Sequence record: MT446405.1
Strand: one strand, 5' to 3'
DNA from: Escherichia virus TH32
Length of the DNA: 64,000 nt
Shown: positions 1 to 9,278 of the stretch, in pieces
Position numbering within the stretch: position 1 is the first letter of the stretch
How the letters are laid out: each line of letters starts with the position of its first letter
Made by a program: the position numbers and the translations under genes
Notes under the pieces: generated by a model
What the model was told of the DNA's origin: nothing
The model's input: only the letters and a program-made list of their open reading frames with translations
Database searches by the model: none

Positions 1-374
1 AATCGCATCGATTCGCCGATGAATGCTGCAGCCATTTCGCCGCCAGCTTGTTCCCAGTAGCCTTCACGCTCGGCGTGGGTGTCTGGGTTTATACCGTTCT
101 CCATGAGAACTGCTTCAAATACTTCTTTAAGGTTTTCCCAGTCACCAAGATGGTTGTCAATTAGTGCACCAGTGCTTAATGGGATTTCTTGTCCCACGTC
201 AAGCTCGACTTTTGCAAAGCTCAACACTTCCATCGTATACTCTGAACGAAAAGCAGGGTCTTTCGACATTGCAAATTCTACGAATCGACGCTGAATATTC
301 CAGCCTTCCATCGCAGTCATTTTGCTGATTTTAATTTCTACTGTACGACCAGTTTGTTTGTTGGTGATCTTCAT
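1..374 (-). CDS. Partial CDS (N-terminal part; gene continues beyond window start), hypothetical tail-region protein
   Basis: Minus-strand ATG at 374 preceded by GGAA-type RBS; open frame runs off the window edge, so it is absent from the complete-ORF track. Lies in the tail gene block. Confidence 0.45.
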   Translation of the reverse strand, partial: MKITNKQTGRTVEIKISKMTAMEGWNIQRRFVEFAMSKDPAFRSEYTMEVLSFAKVELDVGQEIPLSTGALIDNHLGDWENLKEVFEAVLMENGINPDTHAEREGYWEQAGGEMAAAFIGESMR

Positions 375-375
375 T

Positions 376-936
376 TTATATTCCTACTGTTGATTTTATT
401 TTATTATATAACGAACTCACAGTCGTAGTCAAACTGACTGGTTCTTTAATGGCAACACCATTTGATGATTCGTCTGCAGATTGTTTAGGGTCGAAGCTTC
501 CTTGAATGCTAAATGACGTTTGCTCGAAAGTTATTACTATTGAGACTCCATTCAAGTTTTCTTCTGACTGGGTTATTTCAACGTCGGACATCGACATTTT
601 ACTGGCAATGATGCTTCGAGAAGTTATTGAAAATGTGACTTCGTCATCATCAAATGAATTTATGATATTTTCAATTGTAGACTGGTCATTGCAAATTACG
701 TTTAACGCCATATGGGCTGGCATTACAACCTTTGCCGCCTGTAAATTGCTTACTGATGACGTGCTTGATACTTCGACAACCTGCATGGCTGTACCAGCAA
801 GAGGGAATTGAGTTGTTTCTGCTGGGGATGTTATTTCTGCAGAAACAGGTGAAAGCCTTGTCCAGACAGGAAGGCCTGTTGACTCATTCGTTATGGTCAA
901 AGATTGACCAGAAAGCAGAATCGAAACGAAGTCCAT
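376..936 (-). CDS. Hypothetical virion (tail-region) protein
   Basis: 186-aa ORF, contiguous with the minus-strand structural operon; start abuts the stop of the next gene. Confidence 0.45.
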   Translation of the reverse strand: MDFVSILLSGQSLTITNESTGLPVWTRLSPVSAEITSPAETTQFPLAGTAMQVVEVSSTSSVSNLQAAKVVMPAHMALNVICNDQSTIENIINSFDDDEVTFSITSRSIIASKMSMSDVEITQSEENLNGVSIVITFEQTSFSIQGSFDPKQSADESSNGVAIKEPVSLTTTVSSLYNKIKSTVGI

Positions 937-1469
937 CAGAACATCCCCTTGATACCATTCATCACCTTTGTAGCGACGCCAGTGACGCTGGCAGAAGTTT
1001 CTTTTATGTATGCAATGCCGCGCTCTATTACTGTTGAGTCGCCTGCCTGCGCTGTTTGAATAGACACATCCTGCTGTGTTAATATCTCATGGAAGACCAA
1101 TTGTATGGGCTGAGACGTTATATTGTCAGCGTCCTGGCTGAAGTTGTTATTTTGCAGCACCATACGTTCGAATATTAGACCACGGGAATTAATTGTGTAT
1201 ATAGTCGACCTGTTTTGCAACATCTTAGCTATTGCATCTGATGCGCTTTTCGTCTGAGCTATCACGGTGACAGTGAGTATTCGCGGCATCTTTACTCTGC
1301 CATCGACAATATAGCTGCCGTCTTCCCTTTGGTTTTTGAATATCTTCGCTTGGAGTCTTATTTTGACGTTGACTATGGCCCATCCAAGCGTGGATACTTC
1401 TCCAAGGTTGAAGCTCTTTATCGTGAAGCTTCTGTTTGATAGACTATATGACAGTAAATCGATAGCCAT
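936..1469 (-). CDS. Hypothetical virion (tail-region) protein
   Basis: 177-aa ORF in the tightly packed minus-strand structural operon; start/stop overlap with neighbours. Confidence 0.45.
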   Translation of the reverse strand: MAIDLLSYSLSNRSFTIKSFNLGEVSTLGWAIVNVKIRLQAKIFKNQREDGSYIVDGRVKMPRILTVTVIAQTKSASDAIAKMLQNRSTIYTINSRGLIFERMVLQNNNFSQDADNITSQPIQLVFHEILTQQDVSIQTAQAGDSTVIERGIAYIKETSASVTGVATKVMNGIKGMF

Positions 1470-1966
1470 TAAATGGACCCCAATATGCTCTGCACCACGC
1501 CCTTGGCAATTTGAGACGTGCTCTGTGCGCCACCGTAGCTGGCAAACACAAATGTGTATCGGTTTGTCTTGCGACGGCCTGATTGCTCTATGGAGTCACC
1601 AAGCGGACCGCTGATTATCGTTCCGTTAGAGAATGCCACCCTTCCACCGTCAGGATATGTAATGAGCATCGATGTCACATCCTGAATTGGCAACCACTTG
1701 AATCCACCTTTACGGGCAGATAATAAAAGCTTAAGATTTATGTCGTCTTCAGTGTTTGGAATGACCGCAATGGATACGCGAACGACGGCGGCTTTGTCGT
1801 ATATGCAAATGCCGCCGTCGTAAGTAAGTTGATAACCTACTGATTCAACTTCCTCAATAATTAGCGAATCCTGGTCATCAGACAAAGAACTGATATTCAG
1901 CCCAACAGGAAAAGATTGAAGAGCGACAATTCTAATGCTTGTGCCAAATCCACTAATATTGACCAT
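1469..1966 (-). CDS. Tail tube-like protein, paralog of 2917..3384
   Basis: N-terminus MVNISGFGTSIRIVA closely matches MINVSGFGASIRLVA of ORF 2917..3384; similar size (165 vs 155 aa); sits beside the putative sheath gene. Confidence 0.45.
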   Translation of the reverse strand: MVNISGFGTSIRIVALQSFPVGLNISSLSDDQDSLIIEEVESVGYQLTYDGGICIYDKAAVVRVSIAVIPNTEDDINLKLLLSARKGGFKWLPIQDVTSMLITYPDGGRVAFSNGTIISGPLGDSIEQSGRRKTNRYTFVFASYGGAQSTSQIAKGVVQSILGSI

Positions 1967-1968
1967 GT

Positions 1969-2235
1969 TTACTCCGCAGATGCAGATTTAACTGCAGCAA
2001 GAATTTCATCCTTATAAGAAAGACCCTTGATGTCAATGCCATTTTCTTTAGCATAAGACTTCAATTCTGAAACGCTCATGGAATCAAAATCTAGTTCTTG
2101 TTCAACGGATTTTTCTTCGACCTGCTCTTTGATTTCTGCAACAGGCTCAACCTTCTTATTAAACAGCTCTGATGCGTCTTCAAATTTTTCGCCAAATTTC
2201 ATGACGCCATTTGCAAAATGAATTACTTGTGCCAT
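1969..2235 (-). CDS. Hypothetical protein (acidic, possible assembly chaperone)
   Basis: 88-aa acidic ORF between tail genes; 3-nt gap to the downstream gene. Confidence 0.4.
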   Translation of the reverse strand: MAQVIHFANGVMKFGEKFEDASELFNKKVEPVAEIKEQVEEKSVEQELDFDSMSVSELKSYAKENGIDIKGLSYKDEILAAVKSASAE

Positions 2236-2591
2236 TATTGATTACTCACCTTTATACGTTCGCCATAAATAGTCACCACTTCTGCAGTGAATCCAAGGAT
2301 ACCGTTTTGGATGGTGACAGTCAATGAGTCGATTCCGGCAACGTCTGCTTTCTTCAGAATAGCATCTGCAATCGACTTTCGCGCACCGTCTTCGTCAACG
2401 GGCGACTTGAAAACGGTCCCCAAATAATCGACACCGTTTTCTATATCGTACAAGTCTTCACCAAGTCGCATCTGGTGCGCGGCCTTGATTACTTGCACCA
2501 TCGCTTTTTCTCCTGAAAGAATATTTAAGTTTCTTCCATCAGGCAGAAAAAGGTCATTATTTTCGTTAACTTCAATTGTTAGAGTTGTCAA
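2235..2591 (-). CDS. Hypothetical tail-region protein
   Basis: 118-aa ORF, coupled start/stop with neighbours. Confidence 0.4.
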   Translation of the reverse strand: MTTLTIEVNENNDLFLPDGRNLNILSGEKAMVQVIKAAHQMRLGEDLYDIENGVDYLGTVFKSPVDEDGARKSIADAILKKADVAGIDSLTVTIQNGILGFTAEVVTIYGERIKVSNQ

Positions 2592-2917
2592 ATTGCAAAC
2601 TCCGCTTCAGCAGTTGCCTGGAATTCAGCCAACTCAGATTCTGACATGTAATATAGATTACAGCCGCCAGAGTTAAAACTTTCATAATCAGGTACGCTGT
2701 CGAAAATGAAATTACCGTACCCAATCATGAGATACTTATAAGGCACCATTGGGATACCACCAAAACAGCGCACCCCTTGAATCAAAAGTTCACCGTTGCG
2801 GTATACGTCGGCGCACATGTGCTCGATAGCAGCAAAAATGTGCAACTGCCAATATGCACCGTCAACGTTAAAGCTGATATTCTGGTTAGGTACGCTGTCA
2901 AGTGGTATTTGATACAT
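2588..2917 (-). CDS. Hypothetical tail-region protein
   Basis: 109-aa ORF, 4-nt overlap with neighbours in the operon. Confidence 0.4.
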   Translation of the reverse strand: MYQIPLDSVPNQNISFNVDGAYWQLHIFAAIEHMCADVYRNGELLIQGVRCFGGIPMVPYKYLMIGYGNFIFDSVPDYESFNSGGCNLYYMSESELAEFQATAEAEFAI

Positions 2918-3384
2918 TATAAAATCTCTTGGTTGCTCACGCCAGTTTTGACTACGTTCTCAAACTTGAAGCGATATTGACGTGTTTTCACACGACCTTG
3001 AGACTGGATGCCAGGAATTACTGAACCAGTTGTCAAGGTGCCTTTGTTCAGCGTGATAACCATTCCAGAAGGATAAGTCAGCACAAGTGTGATCACGTCT
3101 TTTGCAGAGTTCTTACGCTTGCCTACGCGGTTTGCGGCTGCAAGAACGTCCAAGTTGACATCACTTTCAGAAGTAGGGATGATGTTCACACCTACTTCAA
3201 GCGGGTTTGCACGGTTCCATACTACTAAGTCACCGTTAAGGCCCATTGCAGCCTCAGAGATTTGCAGGTCCGGCGCGTCAATCGGATCAGCATCATCTGC
3301 AAAATCAGAAAGAGTCACACCATTCGGAAAAGTGTTTGATGCTACCAAACGAATCGAAGCGCCAAAACCGGAAACGTTAATCAT
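2917..3384 (-). CDS. Tail tube-like protein
   Basis: 155-aa ORF immediately downstream of the 512-aa putative sheath gene; shares N-terminal motif with 1469..1966. Confidence 0.45.
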   Translation of the reverse strand: MINVSGFGASIRLVASNTFPNGVTLSDFADDADPIDAPDLQISEAAMGLNGDLVVWNRANPLEVGVNIIPTSESDVNLDVLAAANRVGKRKNSAKDVITLVLTYPSGMVITLNKGTLTTGSVIPGIQSQGRVKTRQYRFKFENVVKTGVSNQEIL

Positions 3385-3431
3385 TACAGATTCCTCTCAG
3401 AGAGATGGCCGCCATTTACGGCGGCAATTAT

Positions 3432-4970
3432 TTAAATAAGAACGTCACGACCTTCAACGCGACGCACAGCATCATCTTTAGAGTAGATTAGCGTGTATGT
3501 TGCATAGTATTCGGTGCGGTTATCGGAAGTGGTTTCAGTGTCAAAATCGACAGTCAACCAATAACCGATAGTCTCAACCTGCCGCCAAGCAGTGTTGTCA
3601 CCGGAGGTTTGCGTGATGTACTGTTTCTGAATTTCCGTCAGCGCCTTACCGACAGAGATGGTGCCGTTAACCTTCGCATTGTCAACAGCAACTTGAATCA
3701 TGGCTTGGACAGTCGCTTTGCCTTCTTCGTTTGCAGGCACGCGACCAAGATTCAAGAACATGCTGAACAGCTGAGAAGTGATAGCAGATTTAAGCCACAT
3801 CTCGTTGGCATAAGTGTTCATGTCAACTGCTGCGGTAGACCCGCCCATCAGAACACCACGCTGGAAGAACGCGAGAGTTTGACCAGCTTGCTGAGTCGCA
3901 CCGATATAGTTTGCACGGTTTTGATCAGCAGTATCTGCGCGTGAATCAGTCGATACGGTTACATTTCGCGTTTCAAACTGATAATACATGTAGTTTTGAG
4001 TTGCATTTACAGTGTTATAGTTTGTCGCCGCAAGAATTTCAGCAGGTGCCTGGTCGATGTAATCATTAGCGAGGTTAGTTGCACGGATCATCATACCAAC
4101 GCCTGAGTAACCTTTCAACGCGGTATAGTATGAGCCGATGTTGGCGAATGCAGTCGAGAACAGATACATGTACATGTTGTTCTGCGAGTGAGTCCAAGCT
4201 GCAACGGCTGTGATTTCTTCCAGCGTTCGGTCTGCTCCAGCGAAAAGGAATGAGCCAAAGTTGTTGGAAATCTCCACAGATGCTGCGATGGCTTCTACCG
4301 GACTTGCTACACCCTGGCCAGCAACCGTAACGGTGCCAGTAGTCGTCCAACCAAGCGCCTGAGATGGGTCGGTCGGTTGGCCTGTGACGTTGATAGACAG
4401 GTTGCCTGCACCAGCGGTCGAAGGCGCTGCTTCCAGCGTAAACTGCTGAGTATTAGCATTCCAATACACTTCTGCATCAGCAAGTGCAGGCACCGACGTG
4501 CCACCTTCTGCTGCGAATTTAGTATTGATTGCCGTTTCCAGAAGTTCAGCAACATTTGCCAGACTTGTCGCCGCTGAAAGGTTAATTGCGTCAGTCAGGT
4601 AGTCTGTGCCATCGTAAGTGATGCTTAAGATAGCGCCAGTAAATGCTTGAAACGTAGCAAGCACTTTAGGCTCAGTATCGCCGATAACCATTGCAGGAAT
4701 CGCCGTGGATACAACGCGAGAAAAGCTGATTGAATCAGGCGAGTTGATTTGCTTGCTGATGAATCCAAAATACAGTGCTGCGCGCTTGTATTCTTCGGAA
4801 GAAAAACCAAAATATGATCCAACGGCATCAGCAGTTGAAAATTCTGCTACAATGCCTGGCGGCAGAACTGTATTAGAAGTCATGACGCGAAGCGACAGTT
4901 TGCGAACTGCAACAGCCGCGCCTGCTCCGACCCCTGATACAATTTTAATATAACGAGATTGACTGATCAC
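3432..4970 (-). CDS. Putative tail sheath protein
   Basis: 512-aa ORF directly upstream of a tube-like gene in the structural operon. Assignment is by size and position only. Confidence 0.4.
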   Translation of the reverse strand: MISQSRYIKIVSGVGAGAAVAVRKLSLRVMTSNTVLPPGIVAEFSTADAVGSYFGFSSEEYKRAALYFGFISKQINSPDSISFSRVVSTAIPAMVIGDTEPKVLATFQAFTGAILSITYDGTDYLTDAINLSAATSLANVAELLETAINTKFAAEGGTSVPALADAEVYWNANTQQFTLEAAPSTAGAGNLSINVTGQPTDPSQALGWTTTGTVTVAGQGVASPVEAIAASVEISNNFGSFLFAGADRTLEEITAVAAWTHSQNNMYMYLFSTAFANIGSYYTALKGYSGVGMMIRATNLANDYIDQAPAEILAATNYNTVNATQNYMYYQFETRNVTVSTDSRADTADQNRANYIGATQQAGQTLAFFQRGVLMGGSTAAVDMNTYANEMWLKSAITSQLFSMFLNLGRVPANEEGKATVQAMIQVAVDNAKVNGTISVGKALTEIQKQYITQTSGDNTAWRQVETIGYWLTVDFDTETTSDNRTEYYATYTLIYSKDDAVRRVEGRDVLI

Positions 4971-4982
4971 GTCGGTGTCCTC

Positions 4983-5468
4983 TTATTTAATGACTTGGCT
5001 GCTGACAGATTGCCACATGAGGCTAGTGTGAATCAAAGGCTTGTCGAATCCCTTCACACGTACAGTATATCTGGCGTTTGGTTGCCACGGTCCGTTTTTA
5101 ATTGATTCGACAATCTTTGCTTCCATCGCAAGCCCAATCTGACCTAATGCCTGTCTAGCGTCTATTTTACCGGAAAAAATCTTTTTAGCAATTTTATTCT
5201 CTATTTCACTGCGCTCACTAACGAATAATTCATAGGCATATCTCATGAATGGTCTGGGTGGCACTTCTACCCTGACTGGCCCTTGCCCAAAGTTCAAAAC
5301 GGCTATGTGACCAAATTCATTAAGTCGCGCGACTTCTGACACCAACATTCCTTCCCCACCAGTTTCTGAAGGGTATCTGGTAGAATCAAACCATCCTGCT
5401 TCAACAGTAAGACCCTTCATCGATTGAAGCGCCTTTATCTGTTTTTCTATCATTTTTGATTTTGTCAT
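4983..5468 (-). CDS. Hypothetical virion protein (head-tail joining region)
   Basis: 161-aa ORF between capsid and sheath genes. Confidence 0.4.
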   Translation of the reverse strand: MTKSKMIEKQIKALQSMKGLTVEAGWFDSTRYPSETGGEGMLVSEVARLNEFGHIAVLNFGQGPVRVEVPPRPFMRYAYELFVSERSEIENKIAKKIFSGKIDARQALGQIGLAMEAKIVESIKNGPWQPNARYTVRVKGFDKPLIHTSLMWQSVSSQVIK

Positions 5469-5469
5469 A

Positions 5470-6051
5470 TCACACCGGAATATCGCCTAAATCGTTATTA
5501 ACAGCTCTTGCAACAGCAGGCGTGTCAATTGAAATTGCGTTTCTGTGAAGGATTACCAAATCAAAAGAAGGAAACGATTCAAACTGAGACATGTCGTCAT
5601 AGAACTTTTCATTGTTGTTCATGTCGACTCTATATACTGAAGCTTGATGCCTTTTAAACCAATCCCTCAAATTAGCCTTGTGGGTTATGAATCTTGCTAA
5701 ATAAGTCAAAACGTCATTAGCCGTAGGCTTTTCTGGATTGCCAGGAACTTCTGGAAATAAGCCGCTAATTTGAAAACGTGTTGCGTATATCTGATCTTCA
5801 ATATCTTTAAATTTGCCATTAACGAATTGAGATTCATCATTGACAAATTCATTCTTTCTCATTGACCAACCGAATGGGACTGAGAATAAAAGGTTAAACC
5901 AAATCTGATCACCAGTCGGAATGCCCTGTTGAGTCGGTTGGTATTTTTTCTGGACCGGAACAGCAGAAAGGTCTGCACGACTATACGCCGCCAGACCTTC
6001 TTCAATTCGCGTTGCCAGCATGTCAATCAGGTCGACATCTGTCATATACAC
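5470..6051 (-). CDS. Hypothetical virion protein
   Basis: 193-aa ORF, 1-nt spacing to neighbours. Confidence 0.4.
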   Translation of the reverse strand: MYMTDVDLIDMLATRIEEGLAAYSRADLSAVPVQKKYQPTQQGIPTGDQIWFNLLFSVPFGWSMRKNEFVNDESQFVNGKFKDIEDQIYATRFQISGLFPEVPGNPEKPTANDVLTYLARFITHKANLRDWFKRHQASVYRVDMNNNEKFYDDMSQFESFPSFDLVILHRNAISIDTPAVARAVNNDLGDIPV

Positions 6052-6052
6052 C

Positions 6053-6439
6053 TCAAGTAGACACTGGAAAGCTTTGTTTTACTTCCACGGCAAGGCAAGA
6101 CGTCCAACCATCTTGGTCAAACCATGTCGTTTCATCTTCCATCTTGTACGTTTTGCCACCAAACACAAAATAGTCGCCGGAAGCGTCGCGGTCAAGGTCA
6201 ACAATGTCTTTGTCCACCCAGATTTTGACATAGTTCTTTTGAAGCTCTAAACCAAGCTCAACGTATTGGTTTCGAAGTACAGCCTGCACCGAAGCAAGTA
6301 AGGTGATTGGTTCTTCATATGTAGTGACATAGTTGCGCATCTTATCAAGGGTGCGCCCCTTGTACATGTAATATTGAATCGGTTGGCGACCGATAACCTT
6401 TGTCGCAACTCGATATAAGTTTACGCCAGGAATCCTCAC
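6053..6439 (-). CDS. Hypothetical virion protein
   Basis: 128-aa ORF in operon. Confidence 0.4.
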   Translation of the reverse strand: MRIPGVNLYRVATKVIGRQPIQYYMYKGRTLDKMRNYVTTYEEPITLLASVQAVLRNQYVELGLELQKNYVKIWVDKDIVDLDRDASGDYFVFGGKTYKMEDETTWFDQDGWTSCLAVEVKQSFPVST

Positions 6440-6900
6440 CAGAATACCCCACCAATTTTACGGAATCCTTCACGCTCTGGAAGGCCGCCGAATGACAAGC
6501 CGCCAACGGCCAGTGCTTGAAGAAGCGCCCACAGCGCCATGCCATATGGAGTGCTTGATAGCCAGTATTCCCAGCCATCACTCGCAGGCGGCGCGACTTT
6601 GTTCACTGTGATGTCACCAATTGTTGCTCCAGTCACGAAGCCGCCTTGTTCAACTCCGTCACCAGAAGACACAGACACTTGTTGGTCTGCGGCTATGCAT
6701 AAAAGATGAGCCGTCATATATTCCAATGCCAGCTCCAATTTACTGCCATTTAAAACACGACAAGGACTGTCTTGTGATTCAATAAATTCACATGCCATGT
6801 CATAGAATACTTGAAGTGTTGTGTCAGGGAATTTAACCTGATCAGCAAACTGTGGAAATTTAATTCTGAACTTTTCGTAATCTAATGACATGGCATTCAC
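6436..6900 (-). CDS. Hypothetical virion protein
   Basis: 154-aa ORF, 4-nt overlap with upstream gene. Confidence 0.4.
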   Translation of the reverse strand: MNAMSLDYEKFRIKFPQFADQVKFPDTTLQVFYDMACEFIESQDSPCRVLNGSKLELALEYMTAHLLCIAADQQVSVSSGDGVEQGGFVTGATIGDITVNKVAPPASDGWEYWLSSTPYGMALWALLQALAVGGLSFGGLPEREGFRKIGGVFW

Positions 6901-6905
6901 CTTAT

Positions 6906-7370
6906 TTAAACGCGGAACAAATCATCTTCTTGGTCGCCGCTCAATTTTACCTTGATGCGCTTGTCAGCAGTTTCGCGCGTCATAGGCGCAAACGGGTCGT
7001 CTGACATGCTGCGAACTTCTTTAGCGACGGCTTTGTGGTTGCCAACAATGTCGTGATTTACGACTTTCACCAAACCTTTTTCAAGATGCTGCTTAAACAC
7101 GTGATGATCTTTCAGATGCTCAAAATCTGCATCGCTTACAACGGTGACGATTCCTTCAGGAGTCCACAAAGGTGCACCGTCAGCGCCTTTTGCCATTTCA
7201 CCAAAGCCGGAAGTTGCTGAAGTAAGACCAGCGCCGCCCTTGATTAGAATCTGTTTGCGAATATTTGGAAGAGCGCCTGAACCAGCTTTTGCATTCGGGT
7301 TTTCTTTCACTTCCGTATAGAAAGTGTAGTTAACTGACATAGACATAGTTGAAACGATGTATTTTGACAT
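6906..7370 (-). CDS. Hypothetical virion protein
   Basis: 154-aa ORF downstream of the major capsid gene. Confidence 0.4.
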   Translation of the reverse strand: MSKYIVSTMSMSVNYTFYTEVKENPNAKAGSGALPNIRKQILIKGGAGLTSATSGFGEMAKGADGAPLWTPEGIVTVVSDADFEHLKDHHVFKQHLEKGLVKVVNHDIVGNHKAVAKEVRSMSDDPFAPMTRETADKRIKVKLSGDQEDDLFRV

Positions 7371-7485
7371 TTTGTAGTCCTATTTATATAAGCCTCAGAT
7401 AAGCCCCTACAGCCCTTGAGGTCTATTGATATGGGGCGAAGCCTTTCGACCACGCCCCATGTGTTTTACTGTGTAATCACAGCAA

Positions 7486-8625
7486 TTAAATACCAGTCAT
7501 ACGGACGACTGCGAACGGACGCTTGAGCAGAACGCCTGCTGTTGCGTTTGCGTAGTCTTCAACGTAGCTCTTAGCACGCTTTTCAACGCCCAGAGTCATG
7601 AACTTGGTTTGAACCAGCTGACTGAATACGGAACCATCATCGCTTGAACCATCGATTGAGGAATCGATGTGATCGGCGTACAGGTATGCCACGTTCAAGA
7701 AAGTCGGGTCACTGCCAAGTGCGCCGTTGAGTTCCGGTGCAGATTTGATCTTCATCTTCGGATAAGTCTGGGTGATCCAGTCACGTACAGAAATACCGAA
7801 GTCAGTGGTGTTGGACAGCCAATCGATAGAGTTAGTCGGCAGCGCCAGAGTCATGTCAACTTTCTCTGGATCAATCTGGTCCTGAGAGTTCACACGAATT
7901 TGACGAACCATCAAACGGATGTCTGCAGTTACCTGTTGGAAAGTCGCAGTAGCCCAGCCGGAAGTGGTGTTGGAAGTCATCGCCGCTGGCAGGTTTGGAT
8001 CATTCAGGAAGCCGAATGTGCGGTTGTTCCCGTTGTACCAGCCATAGAAGCCGATTGCGTTACGCATGATTTCCAGAGATACAGCAGCCTGCTGGCGCTT
8101 GGTTTCTGCGGAGTTCAGACGCATCGCAGACGCGCGGCCTTCTTCCAGCATACCAACTGCCATGCCCATTTCGCCACGAACGATAGAACGACGTTCAAAG
8201 TTTACGTTCCAGCTTGCCAGAGGAATAGAGGTGAAATCACCATATTCGACTGCGGTGCCAGCTGGTTCAACGATGCCCTGAACGATTTCTGCATCTTCCC
8301 ACTGACCAACGGTATCAATACCAACCAGCTCGTCGATTTTACGAGCAGCGGTCATGATTTTGACGAAGCCAGGCAACCACTGCTGCAGGAACTGCAACGG
8401 GGTCGGGATTGACGGAGTGGTCTGCGGCGCAGTAAACGCGGCATCACCTACGCGGAAAGCGCCTGCACGGTTTAAGTGCTCAATCTGATCACGCACAATC
8501 GCGGAATCAAACACAATACCGATACGAGCAAGCTGGGAAACAGCCGCGTCGGTGACGGATTGCATATCAAAAGGTCGCACCTTGCTCGCTGGGAGGCGAG
8601 AGTGTGTTTGGCTAATGCGAGTCAT
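7486..8625 (-). CDS. Major capsid protein (putative)
   Basis: 379-aa ORF immediately downstream of the scaffold-like gene in head-module order; preceded by a 115-nt intergenic region as expected for a highly expressed gene. Confidence 0.55.
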   Translation of the reverse strand: MTRISQTHSRLPASKVRPFDMQSVTDAAVSQLARIGIVFDSAIVRDQIEHLNRAGAFRVGDAAFTAPQTTPSIPTPLQFLQQWLPGFVKIMTAARKIDELVGIDTVGQWEDAEIVQGIVEPAGTAVEYGDFTSIPLASWNVNFERRSIVRGEMGMAVGMLEEGRASAMRLNSAETKRQQAAVSLEIMRNAIGFYGWYNGNNRTFGFLNDPNLPAAMTSNTTSGWATATFQQVTADIRLMVRQIRVNSQDQIDPEKVDMTLALPTNSIDWLSNTTDFGISVRDWITQTYPKMKIKSAPELNGALGSDPTFLNVAYLYADHIDSSIDGSSDDGSVFSQLVQTKFMTLGVEKRAKSYVEDYANATAGVLLKRPFAVVRMTGI

Positions 8626-8639
8626 TATTCACCTGCCTA

Positions 8640-9278
8640 TTAACGAGTCAATTGTACAATGGTATAAGTGGAAGACTGGACGCTTGGGCCGGAAAGGGCA
8701 ATAGCAGTCGGGTCAATCACGATACCGCCTGGAATGGCAACCATGCCAGTTGGCAGTGAGCCAGTATAGGCGATAATTGCACCGATAGGCAAGTTGTTCG
8801 GGTTGTTACCGCTGGAAATGCCTTTAGGTACATAAGCGAGCAGGTCGCCGTAGTTCAGCGTCTGCGGACTGGTGCTTGGGTTGAATACTTCAACTACGAG
8901 GCCCGTGCACATATCGTAGAACTCGCCTTCGCTATATTGAGGCAGAACCATGCTGGCACCCAAAGGACCAGTAGAGTTGCCATACAGAGCGTAACGCTTG
9001 CTGTTGCCAAGGATGCCATAGTAATTGGTGCCGCCCAGTTCAACTTCAAAGTCCTGCGCGCCCAAGGTTTTGGTCTGGCCAGTACCCATTAATGACACAT
9101 CAGCCTTAAAACCAAACACACGGCTGATGGCGTTTACGTTTGCACCGTCGTTGGCGCTAACGATTCGGCCTGGCTTCCCACGCTGTGGGCCGTCGCGAAC
9201 GATGTCGCCAGGAAAGCCAGTTGTATATTGACGGCCTACACTAGTTTGGAAAGTCATGTTTATTCCCCTTTCAACCAA
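8640..9278 (-). CDS. Hypothetical head protein (possible decoration/accessory)
   Basis: 212-aa ORF between scaffold-like and capsid genes. Confidence 0.4.
   Translation of the reverse strand: MVERGINMTFQTSVGRQYTTGFPGDIVRDGPQRGKPGRIVSANDGANVNAISRVFGFKADVSLMGTGQTKTLGAQDFEVELGGTNYYGILGNSKRYALYGNSTGPLGASMVLPQYSEGEFYDMCTGLVVEVFNPSTSPQTLNYGDLLAYVPKGISSGNNPNNLPIGAIIAYTGSLPTGMVAIPGGIVIDPTAIALSGPSVQSSTYTIVQLTR

Noticed and set aside
79-294. Plus-strand 71-aa ORF at the window start
   Set aside because: It lies antisense to a longer minus-strand partial CDS (1..374) that has an RBS and continues the structural operon; no RBS and unlikely composition.
3609-4953. Multiple short ORFs on both strands inside the putative sheath gene
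   Set aside because: All are nested within a 512-aa ORF that fits the operon; their translations are low-complexity.
7669-8412. 247-aa plus-strand ORF inside the capsid gene
   Set aside because: Antisense to the well-supported major capsid CDS; Arg/Cys-rich translation without RBS.
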